From Podarcis tiliguerta (taxonomy: Eukaryota): a stretch of 64,000 bases of DNA. Shown here one piece after another: positions 12,862 to 25,332 of this stretch. Position numbers and translations under genes: made by a program. Position 1 is the stretch's first letter. Each line of letters begins with the position of its first letter. Under the pieces are notes generated by a model. That model ran no database searches. It was given only the letters and a program-made list of their open reading frames with translations, and was not told the origin of the DNA. The DNA lies in the NCBI GenBank assembly GCA_965153285.1, contig OZ229116.1; one strand, 5' to 3'.

Positions 12862-13050
12862 TGTAGGAGCCAACTCCTAGGGGCCAAGGTCCCTTCAGCC
12901 CCCCCACCCAATAAAATATTTGAGGAGGCCCGCGGCCTTCAACGTTGATGGGCATTGCCTTCAAATGGTGTGCATGTGCCGCGTCTTGTGATAGATTATA
13001 CTGGGCGGACCTTGCCTGCCTCCCCTATTTTATTCAAGTTGGTGCCCTTG
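12862..13050. mobile_element. hAT-like MITE (diverged)
   Basis: TAGGAGCCAACT / AGTTGGTGCCCTTG inverted ends; 8-bp flanks GCCTAGGT/GCCTAGAC. Confidence 0.6.
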
Positions 13051-13056
13051 GCCTAG

Positions 13057-13076
13057 ACACACACACACACACACAC
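13057..13076. repeat. (CA)n microsatellite
   Basis: Seen directly. Confidence 0.9.
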
Positions 13077-13590
13077 CAACTACTTGGTGGCCAATTAACC
13101 ATGGATTAAAATCTTTTGGTTATAATCCAAAAATTCTCTGGGATTGATTCACACAATAGAGGATTTTTTCATTTTGTTGAATCGTTCTGGCACACTCAGT
13201 GCTAAGGTTTTGGAGTGGGAGTCTCTGATTCATGTAAAGAATCTGGTTATGTGCTTGAAACTTTTGGGTTTGGGTGAATGTGTGAACAACCTCAAATGAT
13301 TCAAGGCCTGAGAATGGTCCTCCTATAAGGTTTGCAGAGTCCATGGTACATGAGGGCCCACAGGCCCACCCAAATATATATCTTAAAGATATAAAGTATT
13401 TAATATATATTTATCTTAATATGTCATATGCAACAGCTATACATCTTATATCCATATATATTATCTATATATCATATACAACAATTTTGCTGTTATATGT
13501 AGCCCTCTGTTAATTTTTTCTATGGCAAATAGTTCAGGTTTAATTAAAGATTTCTTCTCATAATAATGTTTCACCACTGATAAGAAGATA

Positions 13591-13826
13591 CAGTGGTACC
13601 TGGGGTTAAGAACTTAATTTGTTCTGGAGGTCTGTTCTTAACCTGAAACTGTTCTTAACCTGAAGCACCACTTTAGCTAATGGGGCCTCCTGCTGCGCCG
13701 CTGCTGCACGATTTCTGTTCTCATCCTGAAGCAAAGTTCTTAACCCGAGGTACTATTTCTGGGTTAGCAAAGTCTGTAACCTGAAGCGTATGTAACCTGA
13801 AGCCTATGTAACCCGAGGTACCACTG
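13591..13826 (+). mobile_element. Tigger/pogo-like MITE (CAGTGGTACCTC termini)
   Basis: TIR CAGTGGTACCT(G/C)GGGTTA; TA TSD; closely similar copies at 29669 and 47198. Confidence 0.92.
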
Positions 13827-13929
13827 TATGTAATTGGATACTGGTTCATATTCAAACTAAATTAGGATGGGTTCACCTAAATATATTTCAGACAAGGGCC
13901 CACAGCAAAGAGTGGCTGCCACTGAGCCC

Positions 13930-14135
13930 CCAGATCCAGGTAGATCATAGAGATGCATTATTGGTTGTTGCCCTCAATCTCTGGAACTCCTTTTGAAAGC
14001 TGAAGTTAACCGATTTCAGCAGTATTGAAATACCTATTTGGCTTTGGTTTTCTGGGCACAATTAAGCTTTTTATTAGGGATGAGGTTTTAGTACATATTT
14101 TATTTGCTGCCTGGTTATTATTTGAATACTATATA
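13930..14135 (+). mobile_element. Old L2 LINE 3' fragment
   Basis: GGTTGTTGCCCTCAATCTCTGGAACTCC resembles the L2 ORF2 C-terminal F-x-V-x-A-P-x-LWN-L region, followed by a T-rich UTR. Confidence 0.45.
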
Positions 14136-15149
14136 ATGGTCCATCAATTTAATACGTAGGGTAGGTTATGTTTCGTACCTTCTGCCTCACTTGGCCTATG
14201 GTATTGCTTTTTTTACTTTTGGCTCTCAGCTGTGTTTGAGGTGCTTTGAGGCCATGCTAACAGGGAAGGTTACCTCTGGGGAAGTTGAAGTGGTTCTACA
14301 AGTTGCATGGAGCACCTCACTTTCCCCTCCTTGCTTATCTTCACTGTCTTTTCCGCTCCTTGCCCACCTGCCAACTTTTTGACCAACCTCTGCACCCTTA
14401 ATCTCCTTGGTATGCAGGCAATAGAAGGTGATCATGCCTATTTCCTAGCTGTTAAAATTGCTGTTAAAAGCCACAAGAACAGGCCAGGGTATTTTTTTCT
14501 GGTCAGTTAGCAACCCAGCCCTAGGGAGGCACTAGGGAACGAAAGGCAGTTCTGTGCACTTTGGGATGAAGATGGAGAACTAGTTTTAATTCTGTGGCTT
14601 CCTTTTATTTTTACACAGTGGCCCAGGAATAAAATGGGACACTGGTCCCAATGATATAGAAATTAACACAGTAATATAAGGGCTTTATGTTCCAGTTACA
14701 AAACCCTATGTGTTGCATGACAAAGGACTTTAAAATAATTTGTAGCTGGACTATGAACTCTCCCAGAAAAATAAAAGAATACTGCTGATTTGTACATGAA
14801 GGTTATTTCATTTAAATGCATGGAAATTGCTAGTTGCTTAGCGTTAAGGCTATGCTAAAACAAAATGTCTGGGTAACAAAACCAGTTAATGTCGTTTACA
14901 ACTGTCCAGATGAAAAGCTCTGCACAAATCTACTGTTGGCCCTCAATATGGAGTGATTTTTTAACCAATGTGAGTGAAAGGTCATACATACTTCACTTCA
15001 GCTTAAATTGAATTTACATGATACAGATGCATAAGAGCATGTATGAGAATACACCACGGGTGAGATTTCCCTGTGTACAAGCACGTGAACGACTTCTACC
15101 TCACATGCCATCTGTAGACAGATCTTTATTGATATGGGCGTCTTCTGCT

Positions 15150-16400
15150 AGGCCTGTGGGCAGCGAGGAGAAATTTAGCACCTTAAGAGTGGAGAGTTTG
15201 TTATATTAACCTGCCTGCCACGGACAGACAACACACAGCAGTTTCCTTCCTAGGTGAAGTGTGAGCCTTTCAGAGATACTCATTGTGGCCATTTTAGATT
15301 CAGCTTCCCTGCCCTCTATGCACGGTTGATTTTCAGGTTTTTCTTCCCTTTTGGAGCTCAAATCCTTTATTTTGTCTTTACAGCCCGGCTGAATAGAAAT
15401 CATTTATTTTATGCAGCTTTGTGCTTTTTTTCCTCTACAGCTAGTATCTGCATGAATGTGTCGTAGCCCGATGCGAGTTCATTCGATTAAATAAAATGCT
15501 TAAATTGTAATCCGTGCAAAACGATCATATTTGAAACACTTGATGTCTCGGTGAGAATCCATAATAGTGATCAGATTTAAATGATTTAACACAGTAGTTG
15601 CAGGGAGGGAAATACAGTTTCAAGACATCCGTGTATTTATATATAAAAAAGATTAAAACTAAAGTCAGATATGCTTCTCCCTCTCCCTCTCTCCTTTTTT
15701 TAAGCAGTCAAAAGATATACTGTATCCTCTGTGAAAGGGCGCTTTCAATCCAGTTATCCACTTTACCCAGTTTCAGATTCCAGAACCTTCTACACACCCT
15801 CATTGGTTAAACCACTAAGCCTTTGATTCCTTCCTGATTACACTATGCAAGACATCTATCAAACACTGTCTTATCTGTTTGTAAGGCAGCTCAGGCCTCA
15901 GATTTAAGTCATGGGTTTTGGCTACAAGTTAGAGTGTGATTAATAATTGACTAATGTAGCTTTTATTTATCACAGGCTAGCACATTTCACCATTACCGAG
16001 TTAACATAAATTAAGTGTAAGCTGTCGTTCAATCTGTTTTTCAACTCCCCACCCCCCCACCCCGCTTCAAATCCTAAGTCTATCTTTCACTTTTTTAGAA
16101 ACAAAATCCTTACACAGGGCACAGTCTTAGTCAGTGCCAAAAAGTTGATTTCCTTTTCAGTGGAGTCATATATCACTAGCCCTCCCAGCTGCAGTGTCAG
16201 CCTCTGACAGAATGACATGTGTCATTTATCAAAGGGGCCAGTCCGGGCCTTGGGAAACGTACATGACAAAGCCTGAGAGAGTTCATTTCGTAGTCCCCTC
16301 CTACCCTCTCTGAGCCTCTTGCCAGGAAAGCCTGTGATGTTTCTGTCTTCACAGCATTACTGTAAGTCCTTCAACCTTCACAAAATTAACCCTCACAACC
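15150..16400. promoter_or_regulatory. Candidate conserved non-coding block (unmasked)
   Basis: CpG-retaining AT-rich unique DNA; GATTAATAATTG, TGATTTAA, clustered TGACA and ATCAAAG sites. Confidence 0.55.
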
Positions 16401-16443
16401 TCCACCATCATCACTAATATGGATTCTTCCTTGGAGAGTTCGG

Positions 16444-16446
<3 letters not shown>

Positions 16447-16512
<66 letters not shown>
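16447..16512. repeat. Compound (CT)n(CTTT)n microsatellite
   Basis: Seen directly. Confidence 0.95.
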
Positions 16513-16669
16513 GTGGGGGACACAATTAGTGATGGTATATTCTTGCAAAGTTTAGCTGCATTTAAGTCATCTAGGTGTGGGGCACAACTATACAAGAAGT
16601 AAAATACTAAGTTTTCTCATTACAAGAAAAAAGAGACCTAACAATTTCCGAAGTGTTTCAGCCTCCTCT

Positions 16670-16750
16670 CTTAAACTCACTTATTACAGAGTAAGCCCCA
16701 TTGTTCAATGTAGGACTACCCACTGAGGAAACATGCATAGGATTGTAATG
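16670..16750. mobile_element. Hairpin MITE, Harbinger-like family
   Basis: GTAAGCCCCATTGTTCAATG...CATGCATAGGATTG core shared with the 6041 copy. Confidence 0.55.
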
Positions 16751-17339
16751 TTGCTGTGATATAAAAGGTCTGGCACTGCACAGAATACCTTCCCTAAGAA
16801 TTTTCATGCATTTTGTCGTTGTTCAGATTTTGTCTCTGCTAAGCTTTTTTGCTTGGTTTTGAATATTAAGTACTTCAATATAAAGTACCTGAACAGGTAA
16901 CATAGGGGGTTTCTTTTCTGTGTAGCATATATGACTCATACAACACCTGCACAAATAAGGTGACTTAGTTTACATAATTCTCCGTAAAAAGTGCTTCACT
17001 TACCAAGAAGAAAAGCAACTGCAACTAAAATAGTTTTACACTTGGTTGTTTATTTATTTTTTACCCTTGTCATTCAGTACTATTATAAGGCCATTAAGAT
17101 TAACGGCTCAAATGTGATTATTTTCTTTTAACCATAGATCAGACTGCCAGAATATAAACATATTTTTAGCTGAAACAAAAGTTTTCCCCAACTGTCTCGT
17201 TTTTATTTCGTATGAGAGAACAGTTATTGTTTTCTCACTCACACAGACCCCTTTAAAAACATTATGCATAGCTGCTGCTATCACAGTAAAATTATTTACA
17301 GCATCAGATATCATTTAAAGAGATAGCTAAGGGGACTGT

Positions 17340-17770
17340 AGCCTCAGCGAGGAACTTTCTAGAAAGGAACCCTATAAATTAGCCATTGCTCACGAGTGGC
17401 TGTTTTCTAGTCAGGGCTGGTCCTTTCATTTGTCTACATAAGGCTAATTTATTTTTGCAGCCAGATGTGAGCTGACAGCCATCACTCAGAGTTTCCTTCC
17501 CCCACTGTTAGGAGGTCGGGAAAACAGTCACGTTTCCNNNNNNNNNNNNNNNNNNNNNNNNNNNNNNNNNNNNNNNNNNNNNNNNNNNNNNNNNNNNNNN
17601 NNNNNNNNNNNNNNNNNNNNNNNNNNNNNNNNNNNNNNNNNNNNNNNNNNNNNNNNNNNNNNNNNNNNNNNNNNNNNNNNNNNNNNNNNNNNNNNNNNNN
17701 NNNNNNNNNGGATCCATGAACTTTAATGGATGGATGCTTTTTCAAAGCTCCACTCACTACAGCATGATTT
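17340..17770. promoter_or_regulatory. Candidate conserved element around N-run 5
   Basis: CAGATG E-box next to TGAGCTGACAG; TAAATTAG, CTAATT and TTAATGGATGGAT motifs. Confidence 0.5.
17538..17709. other. N-run (172 bp)
   Basis: Ns seen directly; unique flanks. Confidence 0.95.
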
Positions 17771-18629
17771 ACTTTTCTTACAGAAAGGAAACAAGCATTT
17801 CAGTTTTAAAGGGCCAGCATGCCTTCTTGTCTCCTTTTGTGGATCCTTCATAGAAACATCAAAGGCTTACAGCTGAGACACAAATAGAGTGATTGAATAT
17901 GAATTTTACATGTATGCAATTAATCCTAGCTTAAATATATCATCATAAGAGACATTAAATGAGGTGCACTCAAGGCTTTTGTTTGCTTGGGCCTTTAGTC
18001 ACATGGCTGCTGAAGTGCTGCAGCCTAGCTGTATTCTGTATGAGATATCATGAAATTCTGGTAGCATTAAATATAACCTGATAACCAGTGTGTCATATTG
18101 TGAAAGCTTTCTATAGCAAATGGAGTCTAAAACATACAGTTGCACGTTGCTTGAAGAGTCCTATTGATATGAACCAACTATTGACACTCACTTGTCCAGC
18201 ATGGCAGTACATCTTTTGATAAATAAAATGTGGCAAAATGAAGGGGTTTTTTTAAAAAAATAACCTACTTTTATTGAGATTTTTTTGCAATGTATATTAA
18301 ATCATTCTTCTTGCCATATGCCCATATGGTATTACTGCAAAAAAGAAAAAGAAAAAAGAGAGAGGTCTGATCTGTGTGCAATGTTAAGTTGATAGCAATT
18401 TGTGGTGTTTGTACATTATATTGGTTGATACTTAATCATGGCAGGGGGTTAGGATCATTTCCTTGCTTCCCAGCCTCCTTTCCTAGTCACTGCAAATTCT
18501 CATCATTCCGAACCATAATTTGCTGGTACATCCATATTGAAGTTAGCCATAGTTCCTAATTTGGAATTTGTAACCAGCTTCAAAACAGTTTTTCAAATGT
18601 TAGGTGGGAATGCTTACATTAACTGCAGT

Positions 18630-18790
18630 TAATGACATTGGATGGTGAACCATGGTTAAGCGCTGTGGGGAAAGGGTGGGGAAATCCATGCTTGAGAGGG
18701 GAGGACCTGGGGGGAAAGGGCATTATCGTCCTACCACCTGCAGTCAATCCTATAACCATGGTTAAGGCCTGGCTTGTATTACATATATGC
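18630..18790. mobile_element. Old palindromic MITE with AACCATGGTT subterminal motifs
   Basis: AACCATGGTTAAG near both ends; related motifs at 39820-40085 and 40688-40962. Confidence 0.45.
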
Positions 18791-19620
18791 TGGTCTTGGA
18801 AGTACTTTCTCACTTTTTCAGGTGAAGCTTGCAATGATGCGTAAAGCACAATGATGCAGTTCTGCTTAGAGTGTTGTTACCAACTTGTTGTTCTAGAACT
18901 TTCATTAAGTTCGTAACAACGTAATTCATATTTCAAAATGCAGTCGTTTTAAATTTTGTAATGTTGTTTGTGCTTAAAACTAATTTAACCTTTCTGTAAA
19001 TATTTAGCTAAATTGTAGAATATGAGTAATCTGGTGAACCAAAGAATAGCATGTATGGCATGAGTACAGATGATGGGGTAAAGAATGATTTCTGAAAATG
19101 AAGGCATCAGGGGATCTTGGTAATGTGATGCTATGGACCCAGGAGAGGCTTGCTCTACTGATTGCTCTGGATGCTTTTTATGCTTCACAAAAATGGCTAC
19201 TGTTGGGTTCATTATGAGGCCTTCCAGATTTGGTTTTGAGCAGATAAATTTTTTACATCGGAAATAAAATGGGCATGAGGTAACTAACTGGAGGGTGTCT
19301 CATCATGTTCTATAGATTTCATTCTCCAGTTCGTAGAGATCAGCTTCTAGTTGTGTAGTAGGCAAACATCTATTAGTGAGTAGTCTTTCTAAATAATAAT
19401 CGTAAGCTACGTTTTTGACTCGTCTGCTGCTGTTGAATTAGTTCCATTTTACAGTTTACTGTTTTGATGTTCTTAATACGTTTTGGTGGCTGCTTTGAGT
19501 GAGTAACTTTTTTAGGACCAAAAATTCAGGATTGGAATGATCCTATAAATAATAAATGTCTGGAAAACCCAATACTTCATAATATACAGGTCGTAATAGG
19601 CATTGGAATATCTCCTTTTT

Positions 19621-19815
19621 AACCCTAAAAACAAGGTGTAAGCTTGGTTTTAAGAGAAAGAATATAAAACATTAAAGAAAGTTTTGTGCAACCAGAATTA
19701 ACTTTTTTCTAACCTTGAAAAACAAAACAAGGTGTAAGCTTGGTATTAAACTCAAAGTTAAAAGAGAGAGAAATAATATAAAACATTAATGAAAGTTTTG
19801 TGGAAGCAGAATTAA
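19621..19815. repeat. Diverged tandem duplication (units of about 90 and 105 bp)
   Basis: AAAACAAGGTGTAAGCTTGGT and AATATAAAACATTAA-GAAAGTTTTGTG each occur twice. Confidence 0.85.
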
Positions 19816-20599
19816 AATCAGCAACAAAAATAAAAACAATTAAGAGCATCTGTTTTAGAATGCTTATCAGTTCTGTTTATAACAAACGAAGAAAATCCAT
19901 TATCTGCAACAATAAGGGGAATTTCCTTTTCCAAATGTTGATTTACTTGCAGAAGTGTGATCTTGCATTTAGATATTTTTGGCAACTAATGTTCCTCTCT
20001 GGTGTTTGACATTATAATTTCAGGGATACCAGTCTGCATTCTGAGCAGTTTATAGCCTACTTCACAACGCAGTTACGACGAGGGGTTGGCATCTAAACTA
20101 ATTTAGACACTTTCTCTGATAGGGAACCCACAGATAGCATGATCTACAACACACTTAAGCCAATGTTATTTGATTTTAGCCTATATGCTCCAGTATTTAA
20201 TACATTTTTGAAATAAGAGCATTGAGTTTAATATGCTCATAATTGTGTCCACCTATGGCAATTACAAGGGAAATGGCAATCTGGTTGTGGTGGCATGTTG
20301 CCAAAGGCTGAGTTCAGCACATGGTGACAGGTGCACACAACCAGCTTGGGTAAAATAGCCACTAGGCTTTTTCACTGCCACCAGATGTAATAGTTCTGAC
20401 AATGACCACAGTCTCAGTAAGTGTGTTTAGGGTGCAGCCTGGTCTTAGACATACTACTTAGTCAGTTCCATAGATGTCGAAGAGAATTCCAAGCACATAT
20501 GTTTAGGATCAAGATTAGTCCAATTCAGTGCAAATAAATTGGCTTAAATCCTAATACTTTGGCTTAAAATTAAATGGAGTTGTGGTTTGGGTTGTCAGC

Positions 20600-21360
20600 C
20601 CATTCTAGACCTATAAACGTGGTTGAATTTGCATGAGGGTTATTTTTCTCCTGACCTGGAAGCATGCAACATGTTTACAAACAGGAAGCAGTTCATTATA
20701 TTCATATTTATCACAACATCTGTAATGTCGACCAGGGGTCAAGTCATTACACTAAATTTATTGTAACCATTATTAATGCATGTAGGCTTGTGCCTCAGTT
20801 ATGATATAAGACTGCTGTTTCTTGATTAAAAGCTGTTTGGCAATGCCGAGATAGAATACAGATTCTCCCTGCCTCATGGTGACTGACAGCAGCTTCTGGT
20901 ATTCTTCTTTTTTCTGGCAGTGGAGTATATTAATATGAACACACCTTGCAGAGTAGGCTCAGAGCTGCAAGAAGTATAGAATGCAGAAAACTGTCTAATT
21001 TCAGCAGGCACAACTGTGCCTCCATAAGGTAGCCAAATTTATCACGGCACATTACAGAATGCAGCAAATGTCATGAAAGCCATTGTTTTTTAATTTTTTT
21101 CCCTGGGTGTCTGAATGAGGTGATTTATGGTAGTTATCCATCTTAAGGGTCATCTATCAATTTTTAGTTGCTAGGCAATCAAACTAGCAGCTGTTTGCTT
21201 TGAATCAAGCTGAAAAGTTGTCAGTCATCGCATGCAGGTATGACCTTAGTGGTTAAATGCATTACCATGCATGCAAAATTAAAAGAAACAATGTCCTCCA
21301 TTTCACCCATCATGTATGGCATATTGTAAGGCTTAACGATAATTGTAGTACAAAATGAAG
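20600..21360. promoter_or_regulatory. Candidate conserved enhancer (TALE/HOX/RFX motifs)
   Basis: TGACTGACAG 20880, TGATTTATGG 21121, GTTGCTAGGCAAT 21167, TGTCAGTCA 21219. Confidence 0.55.
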
Positions 21361-21686
21361 TGGTGAAAAAGGAGTTTGTGTGTGCTACATACTAGACAAT
21401 ACCTTCTGTTTTCCTCCCAAAATAGCTAGTTATATCTTTTCAGCATGGAACGTTGTTTTCCCTATTATCCCTTTCCTTTCTAAGAAGTGTTCATTTTGAA
21501 GACAGCGACAAAAGGGAGACAAGGTCATCTTCTAAGATACAAATTCTTAGGATGGTAGAACCTCCCTACTATTCCAGCAGAAATTTTGCTCTTACGTTGC
21601 AGTTTCCAGGGACCTTAAACATTGCATTGACACAAATGTTTAGCATTGGGGAAGCCATATTCTATTAATGAAAATTAGATTACCGT

Positions 21687-21775
21687 GGCTGCGATCCTAA
21701 ACACGCTTACTGGCAATAAATTTCATTGAGCTACGTGGAACTTTCTACTGGGTAAACATACTTAAGATTGCAGTG
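21687..21775. mobile_element. Hairpin MITE, Harbinger-like family
   Basis: GGCTGCGATCCTAAAC...AAGATTGCAGTG ends. Confidence 0.6.
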
Positions 21776-21983
21776 TGTCCATGTGTGTCTCCTGCAGTCA
21801 GCTTGCTAATGTTATCTTGAGAGGATAAATCTAAGAAAGAGAAAAACTATTGTGCAAGCCATACTCGGGCTTTGTAAGCAGATGATTCTAGTGACAGCAC
21901 CACACAGTGCTCATTTTTGAAGCGTTCACATTCTGCTCAACTACTGCTTGTTAGTATCCCGATATACTAATGCCCCGCTATTA

Positions 21984-22100
21984 GTATACAGAGTGCTTCA
22001 CAATCTTTTATATCATCTGTCCTCGTAACAAATTGTGAGGTAGATCTTTAACATTCCTGTTTTGCAGAAGGAGCACTGAGGTCGAAGGATAGTGATTTAA
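21984..22100 (-). mobile_element. MIR/CORE-SINE-like remnant
   Basis: CCTCGTAACAAATTGTGAGGTAG...TTTTGCAGAAGGAGCACTGAGG resembles the antisense CORE domain. Confidence 0.55.
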
Positions 22101-22132
22101 AACAGAAGTATGTGTGGTACAGTGCTTGCTAC

Positions 22133-22349
22133 TGACTAAGCATCAGGAAGAACTTTCTGACAGTAGGAGCTGTTCGACAGTGGAACGGTCTCCCTCGGGA
22201 GGGGATGGACTCTTTTCCTTGGAGGTTTTTAAGCAGAGATTATGTGGCCGTCTGCCATGTGTGATTTAGATGAGATTCCAGCATTGCAGAGGGTTGAGCT
22301 AGATGACCCTTGGGGTTTCTTCCAGATCTGCAGTTCTATGATTCTTTGA
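22133..22349 (+). mobile_element. CR1 LINE 3' end (5'-truncated)
   Basis: AGGAAGAACTTTCTGACAGT...TGGAAC (RKNFLTV...QWN), CR1 3'UTR and TTCTATGATTCT tail. Confidence 0.9.
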
Positions 22350-23949
22350 AAGGCAGTCATCACCACTTCTTTATATTGCAATCTGTACGCAATTTTGTGT
22401 CTGCCTGGTCAACTGCTGACATCCTCCAAAATACGGAAAAATAACTAGAACGAAAGCCTCAAGAGAGTGTCACTGCTTTTGAAAATCTAAACAACCCAGC
22501 CTACCCTGGAAATATTATACAGGGTTTGATGCAGAGGATTCTGGACAGCATTTGAAGAGAATTGATTTGCAGATGGCTTCAGCAAGGAGGGCAAAGCTGT
22601 GTTTAAATGATCCTTCAATGTAAGAATTTAGACCAATGTCAGAAAAGTTCACATCCTGTACGTTCTAGTTAATAAGAAATGGCATCTATCCACAACAATA
22701 ATTTTGTACACCCCTCGCCCCCCCCCCCCCCGGCTGTTGAAGAAAGAACTTCTCTGAGTTGTCAAGAAGCTTCATAGAAGAAAAGGGAGAGAAGCTTTTC
22801 ACCATGTGTACTGTGCATTTGCGACACTGTATTTATTTTGAGTTGTTTGGGGCACGGTTCACCATGGAAAAGTGACATATAAATTAAACTGAACTAAACT
22901 AAAAATATGCTTCTTGAAATTGCTTGAACTTGAAGCATTATGTGCAGCTCTGTGTATCAGATAAATCAGCAGTAAAACTCTGACCTGTGACATGCTCCTG
23001 AGAGTTCTTGCCAAAACACTACTGCAGTGATTCTACTGGTTACAACACTGCTTTCAGTAGATGCACTCTATCTTGATCAACAGTGCTAAACAGGACAAGG
23101 GCTCAGCAGCCTTGACAATTTTTTTCTCTTTTTGGTTCGTAGCTTCAGATGACTGCATATAGGCAGAGCATTCCAAAGGTGGTGACGATAGATTCTCTTA
23201 CACAGAAACTGTCATTTCTTAAAACCTGCTGGCTCGGTCCAGCCAGGGCAAAAGGCGTTGTGGACAGGGGAACTATTTCCTTCTCCTGAAATTCAGACTT
23301 CATTTTGTTAAGGGAATTGTAGCTTTGTGAGGGGTAAACTATAGTTCGCAGGATTCTGTGTGGGGAAGCCATGACTATTAAAGTGGTTTAAATGTGGTTT
23401 AAATGTGTGCTATAGGTGTAACACAATTTGCTCGCCTCTGTTGAAGTAGGAAATACGGATTTAAAAAGCCCACACAACACATTTGGGAACTATGCACACT
23501 TTTGAGGAAACTGATGCAAAGTTGTACTGGTGATAAAACCCTTATGCTTCTTTAAAACAATTGCAAATTTTAAATTATTATTATTATACTATTTTCACAT
23601 AGGTTTATAAAACCAAACATAGCATAAACATGGAAAGTAAGAAAAATAACATAATTAGAGCCTTTAGATAAAATAAGGATCAGTTAAAATCTACAGCACA
23701 TGTGTTGAAGTTAGTGCCATGCATACAAATAAATCAAATGATGGACCCATGATAAATAAGGCATGACCTGGTAATCACTTTCCATAGTGAACTAGAAAGC
23801 TTCACCAGACATTGAGATTACTAGTCTTTGCTATGAATATATAATTTTATATTTTCCAGGCTTTGCTGGTGGTCTGTCCATACTTTTGATAAGTGTGATT
23901 GATGAGACAACTAGGTAGGCAGAAAAGTTTAGCCTTGTGGTAACAAGAG

Positions 23950-24090
23950 CATGGATTATCTGGTCCAGTATTCTGTTTTCTCAGTGTCTAATGAGATTCC
24001 AGTGGGAAGCTCACAAGAAGGACCTGACTGCAACATCACCCTCCCCACTTGAGCTCCCCAGTAACTAGTATTCAGAAGCTTGCTGCAGTT
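23950..24090 (-). mobile_element. Old CR1-type 3' fragment
   Basis: TCTGGTCCAGTATTCTGTTTTCTCAGTG...GGGAAGCTCACAAG resembles an antisense reptile CR1 3' region. Confidence 0.45.
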
Positions 24091-24749
24091 GTCTAGGTCA
24101 TTATGTTTTCAGCTGTGCAGAATCTAACTTGACAAGCTAGTGACAATCTGTACTGTGTGTAGGAGTTTTGGGTGCTTGCAAAAGTGTGTTTTGCTTTTCC
24201 ACTTTCCCCACTGATGTGGTGAGAGCTAGTTTGTGCAAGTGTACTTCCTTTGTTGAAAAGATGCTATGGATGTGCCCCGAAGTCTCAGTGTCTCCCACTC
24301 CAACTCTACTGCAGAGGAAGTCACAGGTGTGATATAACTCCCAAGAGTAATGAAAGGGTGGTTGGCAACCATGGATTTGATGCTGCTCAGTTTGTAGCAC
24401 AGAATTTTCGCTTGAGGTATATATATATTTTTTGCTATAAGCCCCTTCAACTTTTTCTTGGCTCTCGGCTCCTGGCTGTCATTTTGCTGCTTGAAGGAGG
24501 CAGGGTTTTGTTTTCATTTTTTCTTTCTTTCAAAGCATTGGAAACCACAACACTGCTTCATCTGGCTAGCAATTCTCTTTTGTAGTCTTGGACTGGGGTG
24601 GTTAGCACTAGTAAGGGGTATAATGTTTATTCCTGAATACATTGAAGTCAAACCTCTATAATGCCTGGAGTTTGGTCTATATATCTATATGAGTGACTTA
24701 TAGACTACTTGATCACAATAGGTCAGGTTTCAATGATATGGCTAATACT

Positions 24750-24885
24750 CAAGGCTTTTTTTCAGCTGGAGCTCACTGGATCTCAGCTCCAGCTCTTGTC
24801 ACGTGGGCACCATTGCCATTCTAAGAAAATAAGGGAGAAGTTCAGGGTGAGTTCCAGCACCTATTTTTCTAGAAAAACCACACTG
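24750..24885. mobile_element. hAT-like MITE
   Basis: CAAGGCTTTTTTTC / GAAAAACCACACTG ends; 8-bp flanks CTAATACT/CTGATATT. Confidence 0.65.
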
Positions 24886-25199
24886 CTGATATTAATCCTG
24901 TCCTCAAGGGCTCAAAGCTAAAGGGTAGCAAAGAGTTGTAAGAAAGATAAGATCCCAAAATAGCCTATATCAACATAATAAAAATGAATAAGAGCCATGT
25001 GTTGTATCATTCCCTCTCTCTTGTATCTTATTCATCTCACTCAGGAGCCACCAGGCTCACACCTCACACTTTGGAACAGTGTTTTCCCAACACGAACCTC
25101 TGTTTGGAGGGTAGGGGTGGGGAGGCCGTACTGTGGGATGTGGGCATTGTCATTCCATATTAATTCAAAAAAATCAATAAAATATTGTTGTTTTTAAAA

Positions 25200-25332
25200 G
25201 AGGAGTCAATGTGGTGCCTGCCAGGTGTTGCTGAACTATGAATCCTACCAGCCCAATCCAGCATGGCCAGTGGTTGGAGATCAAGCAAGTTGTGGTCTAA
25301 CAATATATGGAGGGCACTGTTTGCTTCTACCG
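25200..25332. mobile_element. Old palindromic hAT-Charlie-like MITE
   Basis: GTGCCTGCCAGGTGTTG...CAATATATGGAGGGCAC inverted arms around CAGCATGGCCA. Confidence 0.55.

Noticed and set aside
13370-13485. AT-rich fold-back-like stretch
   Set aside because: Low-complexity (AT)n-like sequence; self-complementarity is trivial.
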